64,000 nucleotides of DNA, taken from NCBI GenBank assembly GCA_964573805.1, contig CAZNKP010000020.1:3761-67760 (forward strand). Direction: 5' to 3'. The position numbers were made by a program, and so were the translations under genes. Positions 10,441 to 20,570 of the stretch are shown here, piece by piece. The notes beneath the pieces are model-generated. The model was not told where the DNA came from. It saw nothing but the letters and a program-made list of their open reading frames with translations, and made no database searches. The stretch is from an uncultured Desulfobacterales bacterium. GTDB taxonomy: Bacteria; Desulfobacterota; Dissulfuribacteria; Dissulfuribacterales; QOAL01. Position 1 is the first letter of the stretch. Each line of letters begins with the position of its first letter.

Positions 10441-10444
10441 GCTT

Positions 10445-11602
10445 TTATGCAGGTGATCGGTCGGAACCCACCAGTCTTAGAAGGGATGTTTCATAGGAAG
10501 AAACCATGCTGCTTACGCTGAAATTTTTAACAATATGCCTCCGTGCCGCCCTTCCCATCTTTTTGCGATAGTCAGACTCAAAAGATAGAAGTTCCACCAT
10601 AGCCTGTGCCAAGCCAGAAGGGTCTTTTGGTTCTACAAGCCTCCCACCTTGTCTGCCAATTATTTTACGGCTATCTCCAACGTCCGTGGCTGCGCATAAT
10701 ACCTCACAAGACAGGGATTCTGCAACCACATTTGGAAAACCTTCGCCAGTTGAGGCAGAACACGTTATCCATGAAGCGTTGTAGACAGATAAGACATCGT
10801 CTGTATGGTGGAGCCATGTGATTCTATCAGTTATCCCAAGGGAGTCTGCAAGTGCCTTCAGATCCCTGAAATAGTTCTCAGGTCCGCCACCGGCCATGAG
10901 AAAGTGCACTTTTGTCACTTGGTCTGAAAGTTCTTTTGCAGCCTGCAAGAAAGTCTCGTAACCTTTCATTGGATCTATTCTCCCAATTCGGCTCACAATT
11001 GGTATCGAGGTATTGAAGCCCAGCTTGGCAAGAAGTCTTTCCCCAAGCCCGGAAACCTTTCTGAAGAAAGTGGTGTCTATACCGTTGGGAATTACGGTGA
11101 TCTTGTCTCTTTTGTAGCCTTGATTTCCGTGATGCTCCTTGCCTGCCCATGAGTTGGATACAATTAGGTCTGCTAAGGGAGAGAGCCGAGCGTTAAGCCT
11201 GTAAATCATGCCAGAAAAGGCACTGAATCTGCTGAAATCCATATTGGATGCCCTAAGTCCCCAGACGACCTTGGAACCTTTGTGTAATCTTGCCATAAGT
11301 AGAGCCAAGGTACATGCGTCGCCCATGAGTCCGAATATTATATTGGGCTTGTAAACAGTCACAATTTTTCTCAGTCGAAACAACAGTCTGGCCAGGTCCA
11401 GCCTGCCCCTAAGGTTCAAACAGTTATACTCAACGCCGTGGATGGCCTTGACCCTTTCCTCCCACTGTCCTCCAGAGTAGTAGGTGACAACCACAGGCAG
11501 AAATTTTTTCTTGTTTATGTGCTCAAGCAGGAGAAGGAGTTGCCTTTCAGCGCCACCTGCTTCCAAGCTGCCCAGAATGAAAAGGATTCTTATGCGCCCC
11601 AT
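10445..11602 (-). CDS. Glycosyltransferase family 4
   Basis: LEAGGAERQL, IPNGID, IGRIDPMKG, EGFPNVVAE; start adjusted to MGRIRILF. Confidence 0.88.
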   Translation of the reverse strand: MGRIRILFILGSLEAGGAERQLLLLLEHINKKKFLPVVVTYYSGGQWEERVKAIHGVEYNCLNLRGRLDLARLLFRLRKIVTVYKPNIIFGLMGDACTLALLMARLHKGSKVVWGLRASNMDFSRFSAFSGMIYRLNARLSPLADLIVSNSWAGKEHHGNQGYKRDKITVIPNGIDTTFFRKVSGLGERLLAKLGFNTSIPIVSRIGRIDPMKGYETFLQAAKELSDQVTKVHFLMAGGGPENYFRDLKALADSLGITDRITWLHHTDDVLSVYNASWITCSASTGEGFPNVVAESLSCEVLCAATDVGDSRKIIGRQGGRLVEPKDPSGLAQAMVELLSFESDYRKKMGRAARRHIVKNFSVSSMVSSYETSLLRLVGSDRSPA

Positions 11603-13548
11603 TTTTCCAGCCAGGCCTGGAACATAAGTATGTTCCAAAGGGTGTATTGGTGGTTGTATTTGCCTGAAAGGTGCTGTTGCCAAAGGGTATTTACCACGTC
11701 GGGTTCTAAAAGACCTTCGCGACGTAGTCTATCCGGGTTCAACAGGTAGTTTGCCCACTGCTTCAAGGGACCTCGCAGCCATTTCCCCAGGGGAACGGCA
11801 AAGCCCATCTTGGGCCTTTCAACCAGGTGTTGGGGCACATATTTGTAGAGCACTTGTCTCAGCACCCATTTGCCAACGCCGTCCTTGCATTTAGCCCAAG
11901 CTGGTAGTTTGAAGGAAAGCTCCGCCACTCTGTGATCCAATATGGGCACCCGGGCCTCCAAGGCCACGGCCATACTGGCTCTATCCACCTTGGTGAGGAT
12001 ATCGTCTGGCAAGTATGTGATTATATCAAGAAGAGACATCATCTCGTGCTTGTCTTCAGGAAGATTTTCTAACCGATAAAAGGCTGGAGCGATCATATCG
12101 TGGCCTGGGCACAGGTTCCCGTATGGAAGTATGTGACTGTTGGCAATGCCGTAAAAATTGGAAAATTCCTTGGCACCCAAAAGTTCGCATATCCTAGTGC
12201 TTATGCGTCTTAACGGGCCTTCTGCATGGTAACGGGATGCAATTGGCCTGATGACTGGCCAAAGCAGGTCTAGTATGACGTCTGGCACGGAGCCGAGGAG
12301 CAACTGGCCGAGTTTTTTCATTCTGTGGGGTATCGGTTCCAGAAGCCTCCATACCTTCAAAGTCCTTTGGTATCTTTGGTAACCCCAAAAGAGTTCGTCT
12401 CCCCCATCACCAGATAGGGCAACAGTGACATGGGTCCTGGTTAGTTTTGAGATGAGATATGTTGGTATCTGAGAGGAGTCGGCAAAGGGCTCATCCCAAA
12501 TATTTGGCAGCTCAGTCACCAGCTCGAGGGCATGTTTTGGTTCTACATAGAGTTCGGTATGGTCTGTTCCTAGGTGGGTCGCAATGGCTTTGGCGTACGG
12601 CGCCTCGTCGTAATCTGCGTCTCCAAAGCCTATAGTGAAGGTCTTGACCGGTTTGTTGCTGGTTGCCTGCATGAGTGCTGTCACCATAGAGGAGTCGACT
12701 CCACCGGAGAGAAAGGCGCCAAGTGGAACATGGCTGATAAGCCGCACTTTCACGGCTTCCAGAAGTGCCTCTTCCACTAAAATTACGGCCTCTTCTTCCG
12801 AGATAGATAGCCTGTTCTTTGCACCTTCTGACCATGCCTGGGTTGCAGACCAGTAGTGAAATGATTCAGTCTGTCTGGAATCAAGGTTCTTGGGCGATAT
12901 TGTGATTACCTGCCCGGGAAGGACCTTGAAGACATCTTTGTAGATGGTGTATGGGGCAGGGATATAGTTGTGCCTGAAAAACATTCCAAGTGTATCCAGA
13001 TTGATATCGTTCCTGAAACCCGGATAGGCATGAAAGGCCTTTAATTCCGAGCCGAAAAGAAATGCTCCATCCGAGGAGTTCCAGCCGTAGAAAAGGGGTT
13101 TTATTCCCAACCGGTCCCGTACTAGATGAAGTTTTTTCTTGTCTGCATCCCACAGTGCAAAGGCAAACATGCCTATGAATTTGGAAACAGCCTCCATGCC
13201 CCATTCAACTATAGAGGCCAGCAACACCTCAGTGTCACAGTCGCTTTCGAAGAAGTGGCCCCGTGCCTCTAGTTCTTTTCTGATGGATAGATAGTTGTAG
13301 ATTTCACCATTGTAGACCACGACGAAACGATCGTTCCTGGAAGTCATGGGCTGTCTGCCTGCCTCGGTCAGATCCAGGATAGCGAGCCGTCTGTGACCAA
13401 GGGCCACGCCTGCCTCTTGATCGTCCCATACACCTCCTCCATCTGGCCCCCTGTGACGCAGGGAAGAGGTCATTGCCCGTGCTACATCTGGAAGGTCTGT
13501 AATGCCAAAACCTGACTTTCTCACTATGAGGCCCGCTATTCCACACAT
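11590..13548 (-). CDS. asnB: Asparagine synthase-like glutamine amidotransferase (glycan amidation, WbpS-type context)
   Basis: N-terminal MCGIAG (Ntn Cys), HRGPD, HRRLAILD, YNGEIYN, RDRLGIKPL, LSGGVDSS, SGDGGDE, KVDRASM. Confidence 0.93.
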   Translation of the reverse strand: MCGIAGLIVRKSGFGITDLPDVARAMTSSLRHRGPDGGGVWDDQEAGVALGHRRLAILDLTEAGRQPMTSRNDRFVVVYNGEIYNYLSIRKELEARGHFFESDCDTEVLLASIVEWGMEAVSKFIGMFAFALWDADKKKLHLVRDRLGIKPLFYGWNSSDGAFLFGSELKAFHAYPGFRNDINLDTLGMFFRHNYIPAPYTIYKDVFKVLPGQVITISPKNLDSRQTESFHYWSATQAWSEGAKNRLSISEEEAVILVEEALLEAVKVRLISHVPLGAFLSGGVDSSMVTALMQATSNKPVKTFTIGFGDADYDEAPYAKAIATHLGTDHTELYVEPKHALELVTELPNIWDEPFADSSQIPTYLISKLTRTHVTVALSGDGGDELFWGYQRYQRTLKVWRLLEPIPHRMKKLGQLLLGSVPDVILDLLWPVIRPIASRYHAEGPLRRISTRICELLGAKEFSNFYGIANSHILPYGNLCPGHDMIAPAFYRLENLPEDKHEMMSLLDIITYLPDDILTKVDRASMAVALEARVPILDHRVAELSFKLPAWAKCKDGVGKWVLRQVLYKYVPQHLVERPKMGFAVPLGKWLRGPLKQWANYLLNPDRLRREGLLEPDVVNTLWQQHLSGKYNHQYTLWNILMFQAWLEKWGA

Positions 13549-13592
13549 AATCCTTCCATGTAATTACAAGTTCTTCATCAATTCATGGCAGT

Positions 13593-14645
13593 TTACTCTA
13601 TCAGGCTGGCAAAAAGTTGTGCAAGCTTCTTGGAAATTACACGACTGTCAAATCGCTCAATCACTAGAGCTCTGCCATTTTGGCCCAATTTTTGGGCCAG
13701 TTCCCTGTTCTTGAAAAGAAAATCAAGGGCATCTGTCCAATCGTCCTGTGACTTGGGGCCAAGCCCGACTTCCTTCATGGAAAGAACATCCCTGTTCATT
13801 CCAACCGGTGATGCAACCACTGGTATCCCACATGCCATATACTGTAACATCTTGAAGCTGCATTTTCCCCTGGTCCATTCGTCGTCTGCAAGGGGCATTA
13901 TTCCCACATCCATTGACTGTATGGCTTCTACTTCCATATCCTCAGACCACTGCACGAAGTGGACCTTTTCAGAAGGAAGTGAATCAAAAGAGGGCATGGT
14001 GTTTGAGACCACCAGCAGTCTGGTATCGGTATATCTTTTCAAGAAATTTCCTAGGGCCTTTTGGATTTCATAGAGATATACCAGGTTCCCAGAGGTTCCT
14101 ATCCACCCGACAGTGAAGCGCCTTGGTCTTAGTTGCGGAGTTGTCTTCCTCAGGGGTACAAACTTTGTGGTATCCACTCCTGTTGGAACTACGCTGACCC
14201 GCGGGTTGTATTTCGAGAACCAATCGGCAAGATAATTGTTGCCTGCAATAATGATCGAGGCCTCTTTTACAAGGAAACAGTTGTCCTTTGCCAGGCCTTT
14301 GTTTGTGAGCCATATGGCATCGTCCACGTCTAAGGCAAAAGGAATCCTGACAAATTTTTCCATGCTGAGAAACCCAGGTATCATCTCCCTTTGTAGCCAA
14401 GCTATCTGGAACATGTAAGAACTCAAAGCATGGGAGAGCCGTTCGGCAAATGTTCCAGGCAAGAGGGCAAGCCCTAGGGGCTTTCGCAAAATACCAGGCC
14501 AAGACTGAAAAGAAGGAGGCAAGACACATTTGGGGAAGAATTCGGTCACCTCTATTCCACGTCTTGCAAGATAGGGGATGTTTTGTCGTACCCGATATCT
14601 GGCAGACGGTACGGCTCTACCTTGTGTGAATGCAGCGATCTTCAT
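13593..14645 (-). CDS. Glycosyltransferase family 4
   Basis: SARYRV, DVDDAIW, GWIG, GKCSFKMLQYMACG. Confidence 0.85.
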   Translation of the reverse strand: MKIAAFTQGRAVPSARYRVRQNIPYLARRGIEVTEFFPKCVLPPSFQSWPGILRKPLGLALLPGTFAERLSHALSSYMFQIAWLQREMIPGFLSMEKFVRIPFALDVDDAIWLTNKGLAKDNCFLVKEASIIIAGNNYLADWFSKYNPRVSVVPTGVDTTKFVPLRKTTPQLRPRRFTVGWIGTSGNLVYLYEIQKALGNFLKRYTDTRLLVVSNTMPSFDSLPSEKVHFVQWSEDMEVEAIQSMDVGIMPLADDEWTRGKCSFKMLQYMACGIPVVASPVGMNRDVLSMKEVGLGPKSQDDWTDALDFLFKNRELAQKLGQNGRALVIERFDSRVISKKLAQLFASLIE

Positions 14646-15599
14646 TTATCCTTTGGGTCTAGCCCAGACTGTCATGCGCCCTGTTTGTCCCAAGAGACCG
14701 AGGATGAGTCCAAGGGGATAGAGGGCGGCGTTCAGAAGACCAGCCTTTTCCGGCAGTTTTATAAGCGCCTCTGCCATTTTTTCATATTTATAGTCTTGCA
14801 TCAGGTGCCCCAGGCTTGCAAACAGATTGGTCAATGTCCTGTGGTGATGAATTTTTTTCATTTCCCAGCCAGCCTTATCAAGTACCAAGCCAATGGTTTT
14901 AGGTGTAAAGTGATAGAGGTGACAAGGCAATTGTAGTGCATACCATCTGTCCTTGAAGATGGTAAATTCAAAGGATCCGGCATTTGGTACCGAGATTACC
15001 AGCCAGCCATCTGGCTTGATCCAGCTTCTCAATTTTTTCAATGCCAGGATTGGCTCGTGGAGATGTTCCAAGACCATCCAGCCCACTATCAAATCGAAAG
15101 TAGAGGCAGGAGCAGGGGCCTTTTCCACAGGACCTCGAAAGATTTTGTAGCCAAGCCTTGCAGCCGCCTCTGCTGCCGAAGGCGAAAACTCGATTCCCTC
15201 GACTGTCCATCCTCTTACAGCCATTTTGTGGAGAAAGGCGCCTGATGCACAGCCGATTTCAAGCATCCGTCCAGGTGGCATCTTTGGAAGCCTAGTGGTG
15301 TTGAACTCCAGCACTCTGGTATAAATCGGCCTGAGCACCTTCTTGATCCATTCCTTTTCTTGGGAGCTGTTTGTAGAAACCCTGGTGCCCAGATAAGGCC
15401 CATAGTCCTCGGGATAGTAAAGGCCAATGGAATCCTGTGTGGGGCGGGGGTTGGTTCGCATCAGGCCACAACTTTTGCAGCGAACCACTGCGAATCGTCC
15501 TGGTAGTGCGTGGATACGATCTCTGCCAACCAAAACGGGTTCATCGTCCCTTGGACATCCGAGTGGACATCCAGTGTCTTCAAGAATCACTTTGTTCAT
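14646..15599 (-). CDS. Class I SAM-dependent methyltransferase with N-terminal Cys-rich ribbon
   Basis: CPLGC...RCKSCGL; LEIGCASG motif I; FDLIVGWMVLEHL. Confidence 0.85.
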   Translation of the reverse strand: MNKVILEDTGCPLGCPRDDEPVLVGRDRIHALPGRFAVVRCKSCGLMRTNPRPTQDSIGLYYPEDYGPYLGTRVSTNSSQEKEWIKKVLRPIYTRVLEFNTTRLPKMPPGRMLEIGCASGAFLHKMAVRGWTVEGIEFSPSAAEAAARLGYKIFRGPVEKAPAPASTFDLIVGWMVLEHLHEPILALKKLRSWIKPDGWLVISVPNAGSFEFTIFKDRWYALQLPCHLYHFTPKTIGLVLDKAGWEMKKIHHHRTLTNLFASLGHLMQDYKYEKMAEALIKLPEKAGLLNAALYPLGLILGLLGQTGRMTVWARPKG

Positions 15600-16920
15600 T
15601 CGTCAGATACCGTCTTCTAAACACATAGAATTGCAACAGGAAGTTGGCAAGATAATACACGCTGGTTACCAAGGCCAATCCCGTGGTCTTCCAATAGAAG
15701 AATCCTGCCACCTTGCATGGTATATAGATGGTGTAGGTTACCATGGAAATCTTAGTTGGAGTCTTGGTATCGCCACAGGCATAAAATGCAACAGATGAGA
15801 TTTGCCCAAGGAGCCCGCCAAGCAGGAAACCTCCAAGGGTCACGAGTATCCACCATAGCTCTACCACATTGTCAGGCGAAAACTTGCCCATGACCACGAA
15901 GAGCATGAGCAGGTGCTTGCCAAAGAGGGCAACTATCAAAAGGGCTACAAGTCCCAGCGAGCAGACTATTGTAAGCCTTGAAAAATAGAGCCTCTTCAGT
16001 GGAGAGAGGGCCTTTTTTGAATAGAGGTTGCTTATTTGAGGGACAGTCGGGGCAGCTATGGCCTTGTTCAGTACTTGGCAGAATGCCCCGTAGATTTGTT
16101 GAGCAAAATAGTATAGTGAAAGGTTCCCGCTAGGCGCCATTGAAAGCAGCATACGCTCCACCAGCGGATCTGTCTTATAATAGGTGGTGCCTGCTAGGAG
16201 AGGGACGAGGCGTTTCCATGTTTGTCTTATGATTGGTGTGTCAAAGCGGGGCATTCTTGGCGTTCCCATGCCTGGGAGCAGTAGGATCGTCTGCATGACG
16301 AGTCTGAAAAGAGAAAGCCAGGCAGCAGCTAGAATTCCGAATCTTGGAAGGCTCCAGACTAGAAGAACAAGGGAGGTCAAGGCCGAGACCATGGGCACGA
16401 ATTCCGCCCAGACGAATTTTTGCCTGGCATGGTAGGATGCCCATTGAACGGCATTTACAGCGGACAAGACCAGAGCAAACAACTGGATGCGTGTCAATTT
16501 TATGGCGAGTTTCAGGGTAGGACCCTTGAACCCAGGAAACATGACAGGGACCCAGAATCTTGCCAGCAAAAAGAGCATCGTTGTCAAGGCGGAAAAGAGC
16601 ATAAACACCACGAAGAAAATGGTCCAAGCGTCTTGACTGATCTTTTCTTCAGGCTGTATAGCCAGAACAGGAACCAAGACGTGCATGAGAGAACTGCTTA
16701 CCATGGTGAGAATAAGCTGGGGCACTGTAAAGCTGGCAAAAAAGGCGTCGGTTTCAGCTCCTGCCCCAAGGGTACCCAGCACGAACCATTGAAAGAAAAA
16801 GGCGGCAACTATGGATGTGGCAGAGAATAAGGAGAGAAATAGTCCCTGTTTCAAATGATGATTCAATGTCCTATTGCCCCTGGCATGTCGAGTTTCTCCA
16901 TTGAATCTGTAGATTAGCAC
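15580..16920 (-). CDS. MurJ/MviN-like lipid-linked glycan flippase
   Basis: About 12 hydrophobic segments; GAGAETDAFFASFTVP MviN-like start; FYACGDTKTP; exact start uncertain. Confidence 0.75.
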   Translation of the reverse strand: MLIYRFNGETRHARGNRTLNHHLKQGLFLSLFSATSIVAAFFFQWFVLGTLGAGAETDAFFASFTVPQLILTMVSSSLMHVLVPVLAIQPEEKISQDAWTIFFVVFMLFSALTTMLFLLARFWVPVMFPGFKGPTLKLAIKLTRIQLFALVLSAVNAVQWASYHARQKFVWAEFVPMVSALTSLVLLVWSLPRFGILAAAWLSLFRLVMQTILLLPGMGTPRMPRFDTPIIRQTWKRLVPLLAGTTYYKTDPLVERMLLSMAPSGNLSLYYFAQQIYGAFCQVLNKAIAAPTVPQISNLYSKKALSPLKRLYFSRLTIVCSLGLVALLIVALFGKHLLMLFVVMGKFSPDNVVELWWILVTLGGFLLGGLLGQISSVAFYACGDTKTPTKISMVTYTIYIPCKVAGFFYWKTTGLALVTSVYYLANFLLQFYVFRRRYLTNEQSDS

Positions 16921-17199
16921 AAAATACTACAGTCTTCCTATGAAAATACCTTCCCTAAGCGCCTTTTGCCATCCATACTATTTTGTATATCGTTTTTTTT
17001 GATGAACTTATAAAGCGCCATCTATCTTATATACCGACTGCTGAAGCAGTTGCTAGCCTCTCTTCTTGCACTACCTATTGGTAAAAAGATGGAGTATCTC
17101 GAAATAAAATTTTTGTTTTTAGAGGCAGCTTGAGATTCCAAAAAGATTAGCAGAAGCAGGCAAGAAAAATGTTAAAAGTTGTATAGGGGACCGAACAGT

Positions 17200-17808
17200 T
17201 CAAGTTTGTAGAGATGTTCTGCATTCTAAGGCCTTTTTTAGGGTCATCTTATCTGCATACTTCAGGTCTGTGCCCATAGGAATACCACAGGCAATCCTGG
17301 TAACCTGAACGTCTTTGTCCTTTAGGGTGTCTATTAGATAACTTGCTGTGGCCTCACCTGCTGCTGTGCTGCTAGTGGCAATAATTACTTCTTTTATGGA
17401 TTCTTTTTCTATTCTGTCTATCAGCTCTTTTATTTTCAATTCATCTGGACCTATACCCTCCCTTGGGGAAAGCACTCCCTGCAATACGTGATAGAGTCCT
17501 TTGTAAGAACCAGTTTTTTCTATAGCCACCACATCGCCTGGTTCTTCTACCACACATACAATGTCTTGATTGCGCTCAGAAGCCTGGCAAATCTTGCAGG
17601 GATCCTCCTGTGAGAATGTAAAACAGCGGGAACATATGCCAATCTTGTCATGTAGCTCTATAATAGAAGTGCCTAGCTCCCTTGCAACAGAATGTGGCCA
17701 GCGCAAGATCTGGAGCGCCATTCTCGTTGCGCTCTTTTCACCCACTCCTGGGAAACGCATAAGGTTCTTTATCAGCCTTTCAAGGGCTGGGGGAATGGCC
17801 TGTACCAC
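17200..17808 (-). CDS. recR: Recombination protein RecR
   Basis: PGVGEKSA HhH, CSRC..C..C Zn finger, VVEEPGD, YHVLQG, Toprim. Confidence 0.96.
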   Translation of the reverse strand: MVQAIPPALERLIKNLMRFPGVGEKSATRMALQILRWPHSVARELGTSIIELHDKIGICSRCFTFSQEDPCKICQASERNQDIVCVVEEPGDVVAIEKTGSYKGLYHVLQGVLSPREGIGPDELKIKELIDRIEKESIKEVIIATSSTAAGEATASYLIDTLKDKDVQVTRIACGIPMGTDLKYADKMTLKKALECRTSLQT

Positions 17809-17819
17809 TAAGCGTTCAC

Positions 17820-18134
17820 CTAAAAAAGTCCTGGCATCTTTAGTCCACCGGTGAGCTTGGCCATTTCTGTCTCCACCATTTCTTTTGAACGAGCAAGGGC
17901 CTCGTTTACTGCTGCAACTATCAAATCTTGAAGCATTTCCACATCATCTGGGTCAACCACCTCTTTTTCAATAGTCAGCGAAACAATCTCTGGCTTGCCA
18001 TTTGCCACAGCCTTGACCATGCCTCCACCAACACTGACTTCTATAGTCTTTTTGGCAAGCTCTTCTTGGGTTTTAGCTATTTTATTCTGAAGGATTTGGG
18101 CCTGACGCATCATCTCTTTCATGTTTGGATTCAT
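17820..18134 (-). CDS. ybaB: YbaB/EbfC nucleoid-associated protein
   Basis: GGGMVKAVANG, DVEMLQDLIVAAVNEA; dnaX-ybaB-recR synteny. Confidence 0.93.
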   Translation of the reverse strand: MNPNMKEMMRQAQILQNKIAKTQEELAKKTIEVSVGGGMVKAVANGKPEIVSLTIEKEVVDPDDVEMLQDLIVAAVNEALARSKEMVETEMAKLTGGLKMPGLF

Positions 18135-19783
18135 ATTTCCAGCTCCTTTTTCTTTTTCTTCCCATTATAAATGGTAACACCACTAATTCTTGCTTGAAAG
18201 ATGTTTATCGTCTCTTGAACCAGGGGATTTTTAAGAAGTTCATTCCTTGGATTTGACCTCGGGATAGAATCGTTTTCATTATTTGTTATGCAAGAAGAGC
18301 CATTATCAACTTCGTCTTGCATCTCAAAGACTATCTGGAGAGAGTTTCTGAAAAAGCGCGATGCAAGGGTGTTTATCTGGTTGGCCTTGTCTTTAGAGCA
18401 CAACATTTCTCCCTTGAAATCCCTGGAACACAAGACTTTCAAACATCCCTTTTTTTGAGTCTTTACTTCGATACAAGAGGCGAGGATAGCCCCAAGTCCA
18501 GGATCATTTTCTTCTACAAAGCTTACAAACTGTGGCCACAAAGATTCGTAGCCTGCCTGAGAGCCATCTTCTGGATCTAGGTTTTCATCTTGTTGAGCAC
18601 CCGATGATGTATTTTGTTCTTTTGAATCTAAATGACTCTCTTTATCAAGCACTAGCCTTTCAAGGCTATCCAATACCTCTTCTATTTCTATGAATTGCCC
18701 AAGACTACATATTTTCATAAAGAGGATTTCTAGGCTAATCCGCGGAGTAAGGCTCCTGTGGATTTCATCCAAATTTTCAGAGACCATATCCATGGCCTGC
18801 AAAATGGCAAAAAAGGGAATCTCAGAAAAATCCTGCAACAACTTCTTGATACGCTCGGATGAAAGCCTGGTCAAAGAACAGGCAGCCTTCCTGTTCACAC
18901 TTTTTATTACTGCAAGGTCTCTCAAAAACTTCAGCAGGTCTTGAACAAGTCTTTGCAGATCCACTCCTAGGCCATAAACCCGGCCCAAGATATTCAGGGC
19001 CCTTTCAATATCAGATCTCAGCAAGGCCTTGGCAAGCCCTTCTATGGTGTCAATGCCTGCAATGCCAAGGGCTTGGCACACTTCCTCGTAATTCCTGGCA
19101 CCATAGGCAACTATCTGGTCTAGAAGACTCAGGCTGTCTCTAACGCTTCCCTTGGCCTGACAGGCAAGGAGAAGGGTTACTTCTTTTGGAAGGCCTAGCC
19201 CTTCCCTTTCAACTATGTTGTTAAGATGCTTCTGCAAGACCGATTCTGAAAGGCGCCTAAACTCATAATGTTGACACCGGGAACGAATGGTTTCCGGAAT
19301 TTTTCTCGGCTCTGTTGTGGCGAATATGAAATATGCATGTGCAGGAGGCTCTTCAAGAGTCTTAAGAAGGGCGTTGAAGGCTTCATTAGTAAGCATATGC
19401 ACTTCGTCAATTATATATATTCTATATCTGCATAATACAGGCTGAAAACGGATTTCTTCTCTGAGCTGCCTTATTTCATCGATACCCCTGTTTGATGCCC
19501 CATCTATTTCGTTTACATCTACACAACTTCCAGCAGTAATCTGTTTGCAAATGTCGCAATCGTTGCACGGGTTTGAAGCCGGGCCTTTATCACAATTTAG
19601 GGACTTGGCAAGTATCCTTGCAACAGAGGTCTTGCCAACGCCTCTGGGACCGCTAAATATCAAGGCATGGGCTACCCTGTCAGAGGATAAGGCATTTTGC
19701 AGGGCCCTTGTTACATGACTCTGGCCAATAACCTCTTCAAAAGACTGAGGCCTCCATTTTCGAGCCAGTACCAAATAAGACAT
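18131..19783 (-). CDS. dnaX: DNA polymerase III subunit gamma/tau
   Basis: MSYLVLARKWRPQ start, GPRGVGKT Walker A, IDEVHML, LLKTLEEPP, SRC motif. Confidence 0.96.
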   Translation of the reverse strand: MSYLVLARKWRPQSFEEVIGQSHVTRALQNALSSDRVAHALIFSGPRGVGKTSVARILAKSLNCDKGPASNPCNDCDICKQITAGSCVDVNEIDGASNRGIDEIRQLREEIRFQPVLCRYRIYIIDEVHMLTNEAFNALLKTLEEPPAHAYFIFATTEPRKIPETIRSRCQHYEFRRLSESVLQKHLNNIVEREGLGLPKEVTLLLACQAKGSVRDSLSLLDQIVAYGARNYEEVCQALGIAGIDTIEGLAKALLRSDIERALNILGRVYGLGVDLQRLVQDLLKFLRDLAVIKSVNRKAACSLTRLSSERIKKLLQDFSEIPFFAILQAMDMVSENLDEIHRSLTPRISLEILFMKICSLGQFIEIEEVLDSLERLVLDKESHLDSKEQNTSSGAQQDENLDPEDGSQAGYESLWPQFVSFVEENDPGLGAILASCIEVKTQKKGCLKVLCSRDFKGEMLCSKDKANQINTLASRFFRNSLQIVFEMQDEVDNGSSCITNNENDSIPRSNPRNELLKNPLVQETINIFQARISGVTIYNGKKKKKELEI

Positions 19784-19810
19784 GACTAGGGATGAATTAA
19801 TAAAAAAGAT

Positions 19811-19912
19811 GATAGCCAGGCACCCCTGCGGCACACGAAGGGTCCCACTACCGTTGCTTCCTTCCGGACCTGGCGGGGTTCGCGGGATTTCGTTGCGCAG
19901 GACCCGGCTATC
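19811..19912 (-). ncRNA. ffs: Signal recognition particle RNA (4.5S type)
   Basis: Minus strand GATAGCCGGG...CAGGTCCGGAAGGAAGCAAC...CCTGGCTATC; long hairpin with GGAA tetraloop; upstream of dnaX. Confidence 0.93.
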
Positions 19913-19929
19913 AAAAGGTATCCAGTTTG

Positions 19930-20020
<91 letters not shown>

Positions 20021-20046
20021 ATAAACATATTCAAAATAGGTTCACT

Positions 20047-20076
20047 CTTATACACTTTCAAGGCCCATTGAGTCAA
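20047..20076 (-). promoter_or_regulatory. Sigma70-type promoter for tRNA-Ser(GGA)/ffs
   Basis: Minus strand TTGACT, 18 nt spacer, TATAAG. Confidence 0.45.
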
Positions 20077-20090
20077 CAAAATAAAATGAG

Positions 20091-20184
<94 letters not shown>

Positions 20185-20369
20185 ACCGCGGTAGAAACAA
20201 CATTATGTAGTGCAAGTTTCAACAAGAAGATAGCAAATGAGAGGATTTAAGGCAAGAAAGGCAATGACTGCCTAAATAACCTTTTCAATCTCGTCTTTTT
20301 AAAATAGGATTAGCTCTCTGATGCTTGCCAAGTGCAGGCAATCCCTATCAAAAGCAAGGAGGAAAAAGA

Positions 20370-20570
20370 TTGAGCGAAGTCATAAACAAGGAACTTTTAG
20401 ACATAATTGCCTGTCCAAAGTGCAAAGGTGACGTCTCGCTCAGTAAAAAGGGCGATGCTCTAATTTGCCATAAATGTTCTTTGGTCTATGAGATCAGAGA
20501 AGGCATCCCCGTCATGCTTATTGACGAGGCCATAACCTTGAAAGAGTATCAAGCGAAAAAAGATGAATAA
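20370..20570 (+). CDS. Trm112/YcaR family protein
   Basis: LLDIIACPKCKG...C...YEIREGIPVML; TTG start after an AGGAGG RBS. Confidence 0.9.
   Translation: MSEVINKELLDIIACPKCKGDVSLSKKGDALICHKCSLVYEIREGIPVMLIDEAITLKEYQAKKDE

Noticed and set aside
17115-17124. GTTTTTAGAG resembling the start of a type II CRISPR repeat
   Set aside because: Single copy, no repeat-spacer periodicity, no cas genes
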